From assembly GCA_002633005.1 (NCBI GenBank), contig NMRA01000015.1, positions 1,533,439-1,597,438 on the forward strand: a stretch of DNA of 64,000 bases, read 5' to 3'. Each line of letters starts with the position of its first letter. Position 1 is the stretch's first letter. The DNA comes from Phoronis australis (lineage: Eukaryota > Animalia > Phoronida). The position numbers and the translations under genes are program-made. Below the pieces are notes generated by a model, which had not been told where the DNA came from, searched no databases, and saw nothing but the letters and a program-made list of their open reading frames with translations. Positions 14,701 to 29,700 of this stretch are shown one piece after another.

Positions 14701-17700
14701 ATACTTGCAGCAGCACAACAATGGCAAATTTAGGAGGGGGACCAGGGGACCTGCCACCCCCCTTGCCTGCCGACAAAAATAAATAGTAACAATGACACAG
14801 AAATAAATTCTGGCAAGTACTATGTGGCAGCTTATCGTGGGCATGTACTTGTGTGTGTAAGAGGGGGCACAGATATGTTGTTCTGCTCTCATGATATCCT
14901 AGATCCACCACTGGCATACCAACATTGCTTCAATGGCTTTTTATTATTGATGACGGCGATTTGCTGATGACAAGCAACAAAGTGTTTGACAATAAAATAA
15001 CAAGCTAAAACCTGGTGGCTTCCAACATACATAGCTACGTTCTCATGACTATGACTCAGGTACTCAAGAGCTCCAACTGTGTGACCTGTGGATGTCTAAT
15101 GCAGCCCAAGCATTGGGCAGTCTTCAATCGTCTTCTTAAACAGTTACGATCTTAAATGACAAAATGAAAACATTCCCTCCACCGAGACCCAGCAGAACAG
15201 TAGGGGGTGGAGGTAGCTCGAGCAGAATATCACATCAAGAGCCTCATCCTCAAGACAAATGATCCAGGCCTTGCTCAGACAGATGACCAAGGCCCTGTCC
15301 AGTCAGATGACCAGGGCCCTGTCCAGACAGATGACCAAGGCCCTGTCCAGACAGATGACCAGGGCCCTGTCCAGACAGATGACCAGGCCCTGTCCATACA
15401 GATGACCAAGGTCCTGTCCAGACAGATGGCCAAGGCCCTGTCCAGACAGATGACCAGGGCCCTGTCTACGTTTTTTCTGCACTTTCAAAAATTAGTTAAG
15501 ATACTTCTATAGTTTTCCTTTCCACACAAATACGCCAATCTGATGGAACTTTTTTCCTTTTCCTTTTCGAAAAGTTTTCTGTTAACACAAATATGCAAAT
15601 ATGGCCAGGATGACAGCATTTTTGAAAGTTGCGAGTGCAGCGAATGGTGCGTTTTCACAAAAAAATCCGTTTTCAAGACTGGTTTCAAAAAGTTGTGTTT
15701 GATGTTGTTGATGTTGCCAGTGGATACACCAAGACAGAGTGCACATTGTTAAGAAAGAGATACCATTTCAAAATCTTGTGGATGGTACCTGAATAAGCTA
15801 TTTACCTGTAGTTGGGAGACAGAGGGACGCTACTTTCTCAGGTGCCCCCTTGGTGTAGAGATCCATGTGAGTTTCACCCAGGGTACGCGTAATGACACTC
15901 ATGCGTTGTAGAGAAGAAGAAAAGGTGAATTGACGAACTACACCAATCTCGTATGGAGTCTAGAAAGTGATTGAAAAATGCTGCCTTTAATTACAGGACT
16001 CATTTACATAAAATCTACATAATCCAGAGAAGCATGAGTTTGTTTTTCACTTAACTTGAATAAAGTTCAGCGGTATCGTCATTTTAGTTCGAGCACTCAG
16101 CCATCAGATTAAATTTGACTTAAAGTGCCAGCTTTACTGTATTATAACAAACTTTTTATGTACATTTCAAACAAAGCAACATGAGACAGAACAGTTTGTT
16201 TCAGCTGTCTGCTTAGCACTGTAGAAACAAATTTTGAAGCAGGACATAAGTTTTGGTAATTTTTACAGCACTTCCTCAGTTATTGAATAACAGTCAATAT
16301 ATTTTTCTGCTTTTAGCTGGATATCCAGATACGAAAATGAGAATTTCCAAAGTCGTTTTATCGTAACCGAATATCACAAATCATTATAACAATTAAAATA
16401 TTCAAACATAAAATTTTCTAGAATGATCATTTTTGTTGAAAAATACAATATTCCAGTTTTCTGCTACACTATGTACTAAATAGGTAAAGATTTAGAACTG
16501 TTAGTTAAATCTGAAACATGAATGAGGTAAAAAACACATGGCATACAAGGGGATGCTTGCAAGAAGTAGGTCTTGTATGCAGTTGAATGTAGGTATGGAT
16601 CCATGCAAGTGAACCCATGCATGGTCACATTGTACCAAAAGACGGCAGCACAAGATGTATACGTGTCAACACTGTCTCAACAGATGGCAGCACTAGGTAC
16701 ACAGACACAAGCAGACAACATTATATAATGAACACATCAGGCAATACTGGCCCACTGTGCACCTTGTCAGTTGCCGCGTATGAGTCACGCGAACAGGGAC
16801 GTACGATAGTCGGCATGATACTGTCAAAATGTCTGGTCTCCTGTCTTGTCTCTTCCAACGTCTACGAGAGAAAAACCAGACAGTTTACGCCCTCGGGTAT
16901 GTACTGGCTCCAAAAGGGGGAGGAAAACAACAGAGAAGAGCAACGTGTACAGACAGTTGTGAGTAAAGGGTAAAGAACAACAAAGCAAGAACAAAAGCAA
17001 CAAAGGGTTTTCAAGCAAGCAGCAGATCAACATAACCAGTACTGGCAGGACATCCTGTGCAGTGCTTCAAACAGAAATATATCAGATTAGTGGAGGTTAA
17101 TCTTTGCAGAGGATATTCAGAGAACTTCATTTGGTCCCTGGTTTTGACACATGCAATTAGAAAAGTGAAACGGCTGTGATAAAAAAATCAAAACAAAGGG
17201 TTCCGCACCATACATGAACCAGAACAGTGGTTTTCAAAGATTGTGCTGCATGGGGCTTCTAAGGCACATTCTAGTTTCCAATTAATGGTGGTTTGAACAA
17301 TGAAAAAGAAATCAATTTTCATTCACATTCAATTTGACTTTCCACTTTTACTGTGATTGGTTAGGGGTTGCAATTTCAATTCCTTAAATAGAAAAGGCCT
17401 GTTTAAAACCTGCACAAGTTGCCAGCATCGGTGTTATGGCACGGGGGAAGCATGCTTCACCTGACTGTCCAACAGATGGCAGGAGTACATGCTATCATTT
17501 GTTGGCGGACGTACAACAGTCGGCATGAGACTGTCAAAGCGTGATGTATCATCAGATGGCTCCTCAAGCACCTACACCCAGCAAAGAAATAAAACCAAAT
17601 CAAAGTATTACCTCTGTGCATAAAAGACATGAACACTGTATATGTCCAAAGGACAAACACTATGTGTTCAATACATAAGCAATAAGTACTCAACCCATGA

Positions 17701-20700
17701 ACACTGTGCACTTTACACAAGAACACAGTATGTTCAATCCAAGACCACTGTTCATTGTGTGAACAGCTTGTGCTGAACCTACTTCCATTGCGTTCTCAAA
17801 ACACGAATACTGTGTTTTCAATATAGGAACACTATAAGCTCATTATATCAACACAGTGTGCCCAACACATTAACTCTGTGAGCACATGAACACTGTATGT
17901 TAAATCAAACATTTGAACACTACGCTCAGTACAAAAACAAGCAAAGCGTGACTTGTTAAACACCATAAAATTACGAAAAAGCAATCTCGACTGATAAAAA
18001 TCGTTTTCAGACAGAAAAATTGAAGCCCAATACAGAACAAACTAATCTACATAGAAAGTCACAATGTAAGCAAATAGAATAATGTTGTTCCTGAGACGAA
18101 AAGATGAACTAACACACAAAGACTTAAAGAATGAAATAAGAAATAAAGGCCGAGACCACAACATTAACAATTCAATACAAATACAATGTACAAATACAAC
18201 ATCAGAGACAAGTGTGAATCAAGTATTTCAGAAAGCCTGTCTTAATAATCAACATTAATTTAAAGAAAATGTTAACCTGAAGAACACGAATTGAAAATGA
18301 ATATGGCAACATAAAATTTCCACAAGACCAGTCACCGTTAATAAACAAGCTTAAGATATCACTAAATACAATATCTAAGTTAAGATATCACTAAGTTAAG
18401 ATATCACTAAATACAATTATATATCTAAGTTAAGATATCACTAAGTACAATATCTAAGTGAAGATATCACTAAATACAATATCTAAGTTAAGATATCACT
18501 AAGTACAATATCTAAGTTAAGATATCACTAAATACAATATCTAAGTCTGATGCATTTCAACCAATGAACTTACCCAGTTTGTGGACAAAAACATTTTTAA
18601 ATCCAGTGGGTCACCAGAAAGTTTCCCAGAAATTCTTGTCAGCGAATGACATGTTGCCATGGCAGCAAGAAATGGCCCCCTGGGCAATTCTGATGTGTCT
18701 TGAAAGTTATGCAGGAATCTTCAATGAAAGAAGGTATAGACATGAACACAGGAAAGATCAGTCTAAGCAGGGTTTGATTTGGTGACCTGTAGGTCACAAA
18801 TACCATCTCAGATTTTGTTTGTCGAAATGACAATAACCTCAGGGCCCCGATCCTGTTTGTCTGGTTGAGTAAGTGTGCATGGGATATTGGGCCGAAACGA
18901 GAAATTATATTACAAGACTATTAAAAATATAAAAATAAGGACAATGATAAAGTAATTTTAATAAAAATGTAAAACACAAGCGTACAATGTCCAGCTGGTG
19001 AATGACCAATAGCGAAAAACGCGGAAATTTTTACGGCCCGAAACATGCGTGCAGCCAGCCTTGAAAAAGTCGGTGTCGAACTTTTGTCAAAAAAAATCGG
19101 GAGGACTAAAAAAAAAAAACGGTACCACCTCTGGAAGCGTGTCTGCTTCTGTCTTAGCTCCTCCGCTTCTCCCGCCTCCAAACATTTTTGGCTGCAGAGT
19201 CGTAGTATTTGTCACCGCGGTTTACAATCACACGAGCCGCCATTGAGGAAATCCGCCACGCTATCCCAGATGCCCCGACAATGTTGACAATTTACGTTCC
19301 TCCGAAACATAAAGAGCAACTTCCGCTTTTCGAGGTGAAAGTCGTCGGCAACGCGGCGGTAAGAAAGAAATTTGCCGCGGAAATTTTATATCAAATCCGA
19401 TTTTTTTACGCGGAAATATAATAAAATACGCGGACAGAACATTTGAAAACAGCGGAAATCCGCGTTTCCGTGGAAAATTCCAAGCCCTGATACAAACAAA
19501 TATCAAGTACAATATTAAGGTACTGTACATAACCTACCTTCTGCCCTGAAGTGGTACAACACCCAACAAATCCAGGCCATCTTCAGTTAGTGTACCCGTC
19601 TGTCAACACAGGAACACATTAACATAATTTATAAAGAGCATGGTAACATTCTTCATTTCAAGACAGTCTCTAAAGTTTGGGACAGTCTCTAAAATTTGGG
19701 ACACCAAAATTCAAGTCAAAATTGAATTTTCTTGATTACGAAGATTGGGACGTGTGTGATTTATGACATTCATCATACATTATAACTTGCATTAGTTGAA
19801 CACTCAGCTTGGACAAGTTCCCATAAGCTGTTGTTCTTGCATTGATTCTTCAATAAAATGTAGATCCACAACTCAGGCACTGTATGACAATGATGAATTT
19901 AGAAGGTGGTCCTAGGTCAATAACTGAGATCAAGTGTAACAGTGAGACAGGTGAGGAAACTAAAATGGGTACAAGCTGCAACTGGAGACTTTGTATGCGT
20001 AGAAATATTTGAGCTGGAGACAAATACAAGGTACAAATTCATAACCACTGAAATGAGTGGTACAATCAAGGTGATGGGTCAATTCAAAGTCTATACTTTT
20101 AGTTCACACTCTGTGCTCAGTACTTACAATTTTGTGTATAATAAGCAAAAATAGAGCGGACTTGTTAAGAAATAGTTACTTTTGCTAAGTCCTTAACAAA
20201 AAAATGTTACGTCACATTGGCGAATAATGCACATTTCTGTACTGAGCAACAAACTATTTAGTGTATTCCCTGAGATAAGCTCCTGTAAGTCAAAATTATA
20301 CCTTGTCAAAGCAGACAACATCAATGAGAGCAGACATGTTGATTCGTGGTGGACTGATACAGAAGATACCCTGTTTCTTCAGTCGACTCTGAGCATAGAC
20401 CATGCCAACTGTCATGGCGGCCGGAAGAGCAGGGGGGACAACTATTGTGATGATGTCCATTGTGCGTAAAAACACTTTGAACGGATGAACCTAGAGTAAG
20501 ACAATAAGTTTTGCTGCAGTATTACTGTATTTTGTGAGTAGAAATACTTTGAAGAGATGACTACTCAGCAAGATGGTCTGGTACTACAATGTGGCAAAAA
20601 TACTGCAAAGTGATATTGATCATTGAACGCGATATTTTGACTCTGCAAGATGATGCTACCACCCACCAGCTCATAGAGAAAATAAGCTTGCATTAGCAAA

Positions 20701-23700
20701 TAAAGCAGTTTTTCAATGATGTTACAAAAATAAAACAGTGAAAATATCTCCTACATGGTATGGCAGTACAATGCAAATTAAAACTTGCATGGAGTGGAAG
20801 TACAATACACGAATAAGCACTTTTGTACAGTATGAGTATAAATAATTAGTCTCCTACACACCCTGTAATGGTTATAAGACCAACATGTGGTGTTAAGAGA
20901 CTGTTAATTCTTACTGATACCATACAACAATGTAAAGAACATTTACATGGTATGAGAGAATGACGTAAACAATACTTATAATGTAAACAAGACTTACTAA
21001 TACATGATACAATAGTGCAATGTAAATAACACTTACATGACACTATATGACAGTGGGGTGTAAACATTATTTACACCACATGATAGAGCAATGTGCATAA
21101 GACTTACATTAAGTGATATCATGAAATAGAAAGTGACTGTATGCTATCAAAATAATACTTACATTAAGTGATATCATGAGATATAAAGTGTATGCCATCC
21201 CAATAGAAGCAATGGAAGCCATGAACAGGATGAAGCGGCTGGCATCAGAGTAAAACTTGAAGTCAATAGGCTTAGGAAATAGAATGGCTCGCACCAGGCT
21301 ACCTTTAGCAGTAGAGAACCCTGAAAATGAAAAAACAATTTCTGCTTCACATTTCATGCACAGACATTCTGAATAAATCCGTCTTCAAAATACCGTCCCA
21401 TATGAGTGTAACACATGCACTGAGGACATCTGGTGTAGAAGCACACGCAACAGTCAGTAAGAGACCAATCATTGACAAGTTGACATGCTAGTCTTGACCT
21501 GGCAATACAGTAATGAGAGACCAATGATTTACAGGGTTACAAATAGCTTAGAAGTTAACACAGGACTGACAACACAGTATAGGGAGACCAATGATTGGCT
21601 AGCTCACATGCCAACATTGGCTTCACATTCAATAACTCACCTGTTTGTACAACCACTGCTATAACCTTGGATTGTCCATAGTAACGCGTCTGTATCACTT
21701 GAGTGCCAGAGAAGAGAGTATGACGTTTGTGTAACTCAGGTGAGTACACCTCGTTATCCTCCTGGTGCATCAGAGGGGTCTTGGTTACAGGAACGCTCTC
21801 ACCTGCAATGAAAAGACGGAAGTTAAGCACACTGCACACTACACACAGCCAATGAGTCATATCGCAAAGTGTGCAGTGGGCTTAAAAGCAAACAAATATC
21901 TTCACAATCAACTAAGAGGGTTTATCAAACACAAAAACAACTTTACGGTCTCTAGACTGATCGATATGTTTGTACAATTGTAAATACAAGCTCATGGCCT
22001 TTGGGTTCCAGAATGAACTGGTCACATATCATGCACAGCATAAATGCTATTCTTGTAACCTGACTAAACCAGAGCTGCCTACCAAAAAATTGAGCTTTCA
22101 GTACTATTGAGCTTTTTTCAGTATTTTCTGAAGTTTTTCAGCAACAAATGTATTTGATTCTCTTGAAAGGTTTACATAGTCGCTGTGTTTTCTGGAATTT
22201 GCGTGCCGTCGACAGTCGTCCCGATCACCGTGCACGATTAAAAAGTCCGACTTGCTGAAAGTACACCAAGCGAGTGAGGCACCCCGCTTGCTCTGACTTA
22301 AACAGGGCCATTCCTGAGAATACTTGTGGACGAAAACTTGAACACGCGTTTTCTTTTGTTCCCTCGGCGTAGGCTCGTTCTCCTTCACAGATCGCTTCAT
22401 ATTTGCTTCGTCTGCAACTCAACTGTGAGCCAAGCAACACGCTTTGTTGACTCGGAATTGTAGCCAATGAGCAATTCGCTTTCTAATTATTATCTAATCT
22501 ATCCAATAACGGAGCTTGTTACGGATTCAGTTCAAATTCACCTATTTCTCATATGTAAATTGACTCGAGACGTCAGACAGCAATACAGACGTTATAATTG
22601 GTTAACAACGGTATGACCCAATAACCACGCTTGCTATCATTCATGCTTTCGAGGTAGGCTTGTTTACCATGTCGCGGGCACAAAGACGATGTGAAAGAGA
22701 GAGAATGGCGAATAAAAGATTCTGAACAAAGTTTTTTTTCTTCCGTACAACATGCAGAGCATTCCGTACTACCGTATTTTCAATGAAAATCTGTAACAAA
22801 TACGGACAATCCGTAGTAGTAGGCAGCTCTGCTAAACACTTCAGACAAGTAATTATGTAGTGCAGACTAGAGCAAGAAATCTGACACTTATCTGCCATTC
22901 ACACTTAAAGCTGCATTCTGTCCTGCTCAACTGACAAAACAGGAATCGAATTGGGCCTTTTACTGTCATAAAATAGGTATCGTACAACTATTCACAATGA
23001 CAGGTGAGATAAATAGAATCCAATCAAGGTAAGGAAAATTATGAGATTGGTTTTATGAGATAAAATGCCTGACTTGAATTTCGTCTTTTAACCAATTAAA
23101 CAGGGCAAAATGCTTTGACATAATACACCAATGAGTACATTGTGAAGTCAACCCAAAGGTCAAAGGTTGCAAAACACAGTGAGGACACTAGGCAAGGGTC
23201 AAAACTGACAAGTGATCTATGTACACAAACTGTGTCACTAGGAGAGGTGACTATCACAGTGTCACTAGGAGAGGTGACTACCACCGTGTCACTAGGAGAG
23301 GTGACTACCACTGTCACTAGGAGAGGTGACTATCACTGTGTCACTAGGAGAGGTGACTACCACAGTGTCACTAGGAGAGGTGACTACCACTGTGTCACTA
23401 GGAGAGGTGACTATCACTGTGTCACTAGGAGAGGTGTCTATCACTGTGTCACTAGGAGAGGTGACTATCACAGTGTCATTAGGAGAGGTGAATACCACTG
23501 TGTCATTAGGAGAGGTGACTATCACTGTGTCACTAGGAGAGGTGAATACCACTGTGTCACTAGGAGAGGTGACTATTTCTACACACCTACCCGTTAGCAT
23601 GCTCTCATTCACTATACAATTGCCAGCCAGTAACACAGCGTCACATGACATCATGCAACCATTAGCAGGAATGGATATGACATCACCGGGCACAAGATCT

Positions 23701-26700
23701 GTAGTGGCCACCTGTTCAAATTCTGTAAACATACAAAACATTCCATAACGGTTGACAAAGTTACATGTAAGGCTTGGGGTAGAAGTGCACGATATGATCC
23801 GTGTATTACCAAAACACACTTCTAACACTGTTTACGATAACTCTTCACTAACTTAGTACACAAAATGAACGAGTGAAATTCCACTTTTGTTAAATTTCTC
23901 CAGAAAAGTAAAGATCAAGAACATTTTAGACTATTACAAGAATAGAGTATAGTGTGCAAGTGTCATAAAACAACATTTGCTGAAACTCCCATTATGTGCA
24001 AAAAGGTAACCAGCCTTTGAAAAATGGAAAATTGACCACTTTGGCAATTATTCTTGAGCAAAATGAGTGAAGAATTATCGTAACTACACTACTATAATTA
24101 TGTCAAAGCAACCTAATCTAAAGCAAGCAACTGATCAAGGAGACAGTGTGGTCTAGTGGTACAGTGCGGTCTAGTGGTACAGTGCGGTCTAGTGGTACAG
24201 TGCGGTCTAGTGGTACAGTGCGGTCTAGTGGTACAGTGCGGTCTAGTGGTACAGTGCGGTCTAGTGGTACAGTGCGGTCTAGTGGTACAGTGCGGTCTAG
24301 TGGTACAGTGTGGTCTAGTGGTACAGTGTGGTCTAGTGTTACAGTGTGGTATAGAGGTACAGTGTAAGCCTTACACTCAGACGGTCACTGGTTCAAATCT
24401 CACTACACTGCATTGAAAGACTCTTGAGTGAGGTACCTTCCACCTCATTTGTAATTTTAAGCAAGTGCGAGAGTGCATGTGATAGTTCAAGGAATGTTAA
24501 CATGATGGCAGTGTATTCCACAACCTGTAAGGCTTGTTACAGTAGGGAGTTTGATTCCGCCTCAGCGAGGTAGGCTTACTTGTGTTGAGTTTGAAAACTT
24601 AATTTAAAGAGTATGAACTCCTGGGAAATTAGTAATTTCTTAGTGAATTTATGACATTTTAGACTTTCAGCACTAATTCAATGTATTAATTTCAAAACTT
24701 AAATAAAAATTCCTTAAAGTATAGATGCAGAATGTCAAACATGGTAATGAATTTTGCGATTCCCGTCACGTTCGAATTTTCTGTTTCGAAAAAAACTGTG
24801 ATGTTGCTGAGATTTTTCTTGACCAAGTTGAAAAATTAACGTAAAGCCTCTACAACACAGTTATTTGCAGAGGACTGCATTAGGTAAACACAGCACTTAA
24901 AGAGACACCTACCAGAGTTTCCACGACAGACACTGATAGAGGAGTCCTTTGATGCGACCATGTCGTGCAGCGTCTCGCTTTGCTGCAACAGATATGGAGA
25001 ACTCGAAATATTACAACGTTACCTCACTCGTGTCCACAAACATCAGGATAGTATTAGGGTCCAACTTGAACACGAAGGAGTCAAGTCAAAGTTTTGGAAG
25101 TTCCTTGGCCTTTATTAACTGTGAATGTAGTACTAGTGAAAAGACGTTATAGGTGAAGCTGTCTTGTTGTTTCTACAGTTCATCTCGCATTAGGACGCAC
25201 AATGATCAACCTAGATGATCTTAGTAATTGTGTTCGTTTGTTGGAGCAAAACACAGAAAAAAGACAGTTCAAACTATTACGACATTTCATTTACGAAATA
25301 AATGCATGGTTAATACATTTGCAAAGAACAGAAATTGATGCTAAAAACATGACTCACGTGATCACCAAGTTTTATTTTCAGTGAAAACAGCATCAAAAAC
25401 GTCGGCTTTCTCACAAAAACATTAACCAAGCAATTTTGTCTGAATGAATAAATATGATGAGAACAAACTAATTTAAGCCAGCACAAGTTAGTTAACTAAC
25501 TACAATCCTACCCTGCGTGTCTCGATCAGTGAAACAGTTATAGAGATGAGAGAGATGATGATGATACAAGCAGCGTAGTAGTAATAATTATCAGCCATCC
25601 ACAGGGCCACACTCAACACTTGGAAGATGTAGAAGGGATTGAGGACCTGAAATAAAACAAGTAACCGTGAATATGAAGTATTATACCACATACGTCTTGA
25701 TACGCCCATGTAATAACCGTGCCACGTGTCCATGCTGTAACAGTCCCGTGACATGTTTTTTTGTTAGGAAAAAATGAGTGCAAAGAAATGTCAATTAAAC
25801 CTTTAGTATATGGTACAAATGTGTTGAATTACATGTGTTTTAATAGAGGTGTGTAGCTGCACCGAGTAACTGTTTTCACGAGGCCCAAGGCTGACTGAAA
25901 CTACTTACTTGGCGCAACAACCTCAGTTAATAACATGACCCATGTAAATACATGTGTAGCTTAACATACATGTTCACATAATGAACACTGGTGATACCAT
26001 TCAGTATCACCAAAACTACCAATGAATATCACGTATTCAACAGTATGAACACTACTACTACCATTAAATATCAACAACAATATCCATTAATATCAAGTAT
26101 ACCCCAGATGAACACAGCTAATACAATCCAATATCAACAAGTGTAGCCATGAATAATAAGTATTCCACAAAATGAACACTGCTTATAGCTTCAATATCAA
26201 AAATCAACGAATGAAGCCATACAGGAAAAGGGTTAAGTGTTAATTCAAGAAAATAACAGTAATCTTACCTCAGATACAAATAGCTTGGGGTAAGATTGCA
26301 CTTCAATGTCAATGGAATTCGTCCCATACAAAATACGTCTGGAAAAAATGAAACACGAAACTTGGCATTACGAACAGCAGAAACTGGAGAAACTAAATAA
26401 CGAGAGAAGTAATCAAACAGGCAATTAAAAAGAATTTTCATCGCATAGGTTGGAACTTTATCATGATGGGTGCAAAGTTCACAACATATGCCTGTACCCC
26501 TGGACGCATACACACAAGTTGAAAGGTTTCTCAGTGCCTTCCAGGAGCACAACCATTTATACCCTTGCTAGAACAAATGCAAAGATGAAATAAATATATG
26601 CATTTTATGTTTGCTGATGATGCCTGTCTACTCACTTTACTTGGATGACCTTGAGTGGATAACTTTCACAACTCAATTTGACATATGCACTGTAAATTGT

Positions 26701-29700
26701 AACTCTGATTGTGAATTATGCACAATGTGCTCTGTAACTGATGACTATCACACGCACACTATTATACAATATCAGTCTGTTTTTTGCAATGTCAGCCCTG
26801 GCCAAACCATGATCCATTAGGAGTATCCACTTACTTGCGCTGTTGTACAAGTCGTGTAAAGCCAGTGTAGTCTTCATGTAGCTGCAAGCATTTGACACCA
26901 GCCTCAAGGCCACTACAACAAATTAAACAGAAACAGTGGTGAGAATGGAAGTACAAATTACTATTAAGTATAATTATTAACTGAGACAACCTCAAGGCAA
27001 CCTTAGTCAAGCACAAGATTATTTTCGAGGACTTAACAATATTTATTAGAAAATAATATTTAGCTGAACGGTGGATAACCTTTACACAAATAGAACTGTG
27101 TTTACATTACCAATAATATTTATGAGTTATTTCCTTTCCATCATTTTCCTACAATTGCATGAAGTCCATTACACGCTAGTGCGTTTAGGCCACTACTGGG
27201 TCAGGCATTATTGACTGCCATCAACCATGCTGAATATTTTACAATAGTGAGCAGAGGCACACTGATGACAACACAACCCATATACCACAGTGACATAAAA
27301 TGCCACAACTTCACTGACAGAGACAGAAAATTTTAAATAGACTTAAAGCTAAACACTGGCCATATTACACCAAGAACGTGTTTAAAGATCATTTCTCAAA
27401 CATATTTATTTATTTAAACCAACCACTAACCTACTTTACTAAAAAACATTTCAGTCCATCATTTTTATGACCATCTTAAGATATCATAGCACACTCTAAG
27501 AAAACTGAAACACCTGAAGATGACCACAGAAATAAGTGACCGAAACATCGGGTCAATGTAAATACGTTAGAAACTGGCATAAATAGACCAATAGGTTTTA
27601 TAAATTACATTACTTCAACACCACTTCAAGTAGCTCTGGGAAATTAATATGTTCACAAATGGTAAAATGGACCGAAATCTACACTATCTTCTGCTGAAGA
27701 ATGGCAAAAAATGTATGGTAGCTCATCATGGTTCCTACAGCAGACATATTGAAAAAGCAAACCATACTCCGTGGAGGTCCACTTAGATGTCATTCGTTAT
27801 AGTGTGATTAAAGTAAGTTTTGATGGCGAAATGTCAGCAAATGTAGACTGGTGACATGCCACTGAACACATTACCAGAAAAAGGATGTACGTACCATAGT
27901 TTAAGGAATGCACAGCTGTCAGGGTCCCAGATGTAGCGAATATTTTGGAAATCAAAGTAACGAAGAAACCACGTCTGCAAAGAAAATATGTATATAGTTA
28001 CATATATTAGGCTAACATTACATGCAAAAATGACAAAATACTGAAGTTTAACACATGGTTGTGAATGCAAATGAAACAGTGTGTGATAGCAGGTATTATG
28101 TCACAAATAATTCACAGCACACCATCAACAAATAACCAGCTTGGCCTACTTCAGTCAAATAATATTTAGATAACGTAACATCTTCCTCTAGTTCATAAAA
28201 TTCAGTTACTGTTTCTACCTGAACACTCAAGCTTGACCAGGCCCTAAACAGGTCAAGTATATATATTTACATGCGCCAAGCTTATAACCTTAACTGCTCT
28301 AATCTTTCCTTTTCAACATCATTACTAAAATCTGTCGTGGTGCTCACCCGTAACATATTACCTGGCCCTGGTGATGTTCCCCTGATAGACATACTAATGA
28401 TAACTTCTCATAAAGGCAAGTCACCTCCAAAACTAGACAACTGAGCCAGTATCAGATTAAACAGACATTTATTCCATCAAATTTCATTTCCAAATTGCCC
28501 AAGTTATGAATATGTGAAAAAAGCAACATTTACAAAAATTGTTTTTTGTGCTATTTGTACATGAAACTGACAAATCTGGGTTTAGACATTTAAAAATCCT
28601 CAATGAAACATTACTATGTTGCTTTAAATAAAAATCCTGTTATAATGCCTAAGCAAATGCTGCACTTGATAATTCAAAAGCACGTTATCACTCACTCAGA
28701 ATCCAAGACAACTTGAGTGTAACGCTGTCTCAAAAAATGCACAAGCATTTCCCTTGACATCGGAGACGAGTGTTCGAAGGGACATAGTTAATTTTACGGC
28801 CAAGAAAGCATTTTTTGGATTATTGTTAGATGGGACAGACTTCAGTCTAACTTTAGCCAGAGGTACAAAACAACAAAATCCTCCGTTTGTAATTTCATTA
28901 CAAATTGCCAATTCTCGCATTTGACCGGAAAACATTCGCTGAAACCAACGCTGGTCATTTTACCAGTAAACCACGCTTAAAATACTCTTAGACTAGTATT
29001 TATCCAGTGGGATTTATCTCAGGTTCGATTCCGCCCTGATGATTATCTCAGAAAATCACTTTTCTTACCAATAATGTTCATTTAAAGACATTACGAACCT
29101 CTTCTGTTGTTTCTGCGAGACAGGCAGTGTCCTCGTCAGAACTGGTGTTGTCATTGTTACACTGACTACTCTTACTTGTGTACTCCAGATCACTGAAGAT
29201 TAAAGTCAGGTAAACATTGTTAAATTACACAGTGAACCCGAAATCAATAATCACAACAATCCACAACTCCCACCCCATAACTTTTTTGTGTCAGGGACAA
29301 ATTAATACGTGAATATTCATGCATGTAGAAAACCTATGCAGTTTGTGAAACTATATTGATTTTCTCTAAAGTTGAACACGGAGTTAGCATAAATTGGGCA
29401 TTTTTGTATGGTTCTACAAAGCCTTAACTCCAGATTTCAATGAGCGGTGATGGCCGACGGCTCAGAACATCAAACTCAGTTGGTAAATTATTAATACCAA
29501 CACTAGCCTTGTACTTGCACTCGACTGTCATGACTGGGAACTCTTCACGCACAGCTGTCACAATGAGGAATACTGGGTCACTTTGTCTGATTACCTTTGA
29601 CATTAAATGCAGCAAGAGTGGGGGCTTTAAAATGACAAAACATTCATTTTATGTTATTTATTACTTTGTAAAAATTAATACACATAAACTTCCCTTGTCC

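Noticed and set aside
15207-15512. ORF with QTDDQGPV repeats
   Set aside because: Translation of a 24-bp minisatellite; no ATG start or splice support
23096-23828. Overlapping repetitive ORFs; regularly spaced repeats that superficially resemble a CRISPR array
   Set aside because: Contiguous minisatellite with no unique spacers in a eukaryotic intron; only 23591-23722 is coding
29037-29056. CTGATGA...GAAA hammerhead-like string
   Set aside because: No stem II pairing between the boxes; expected by chance
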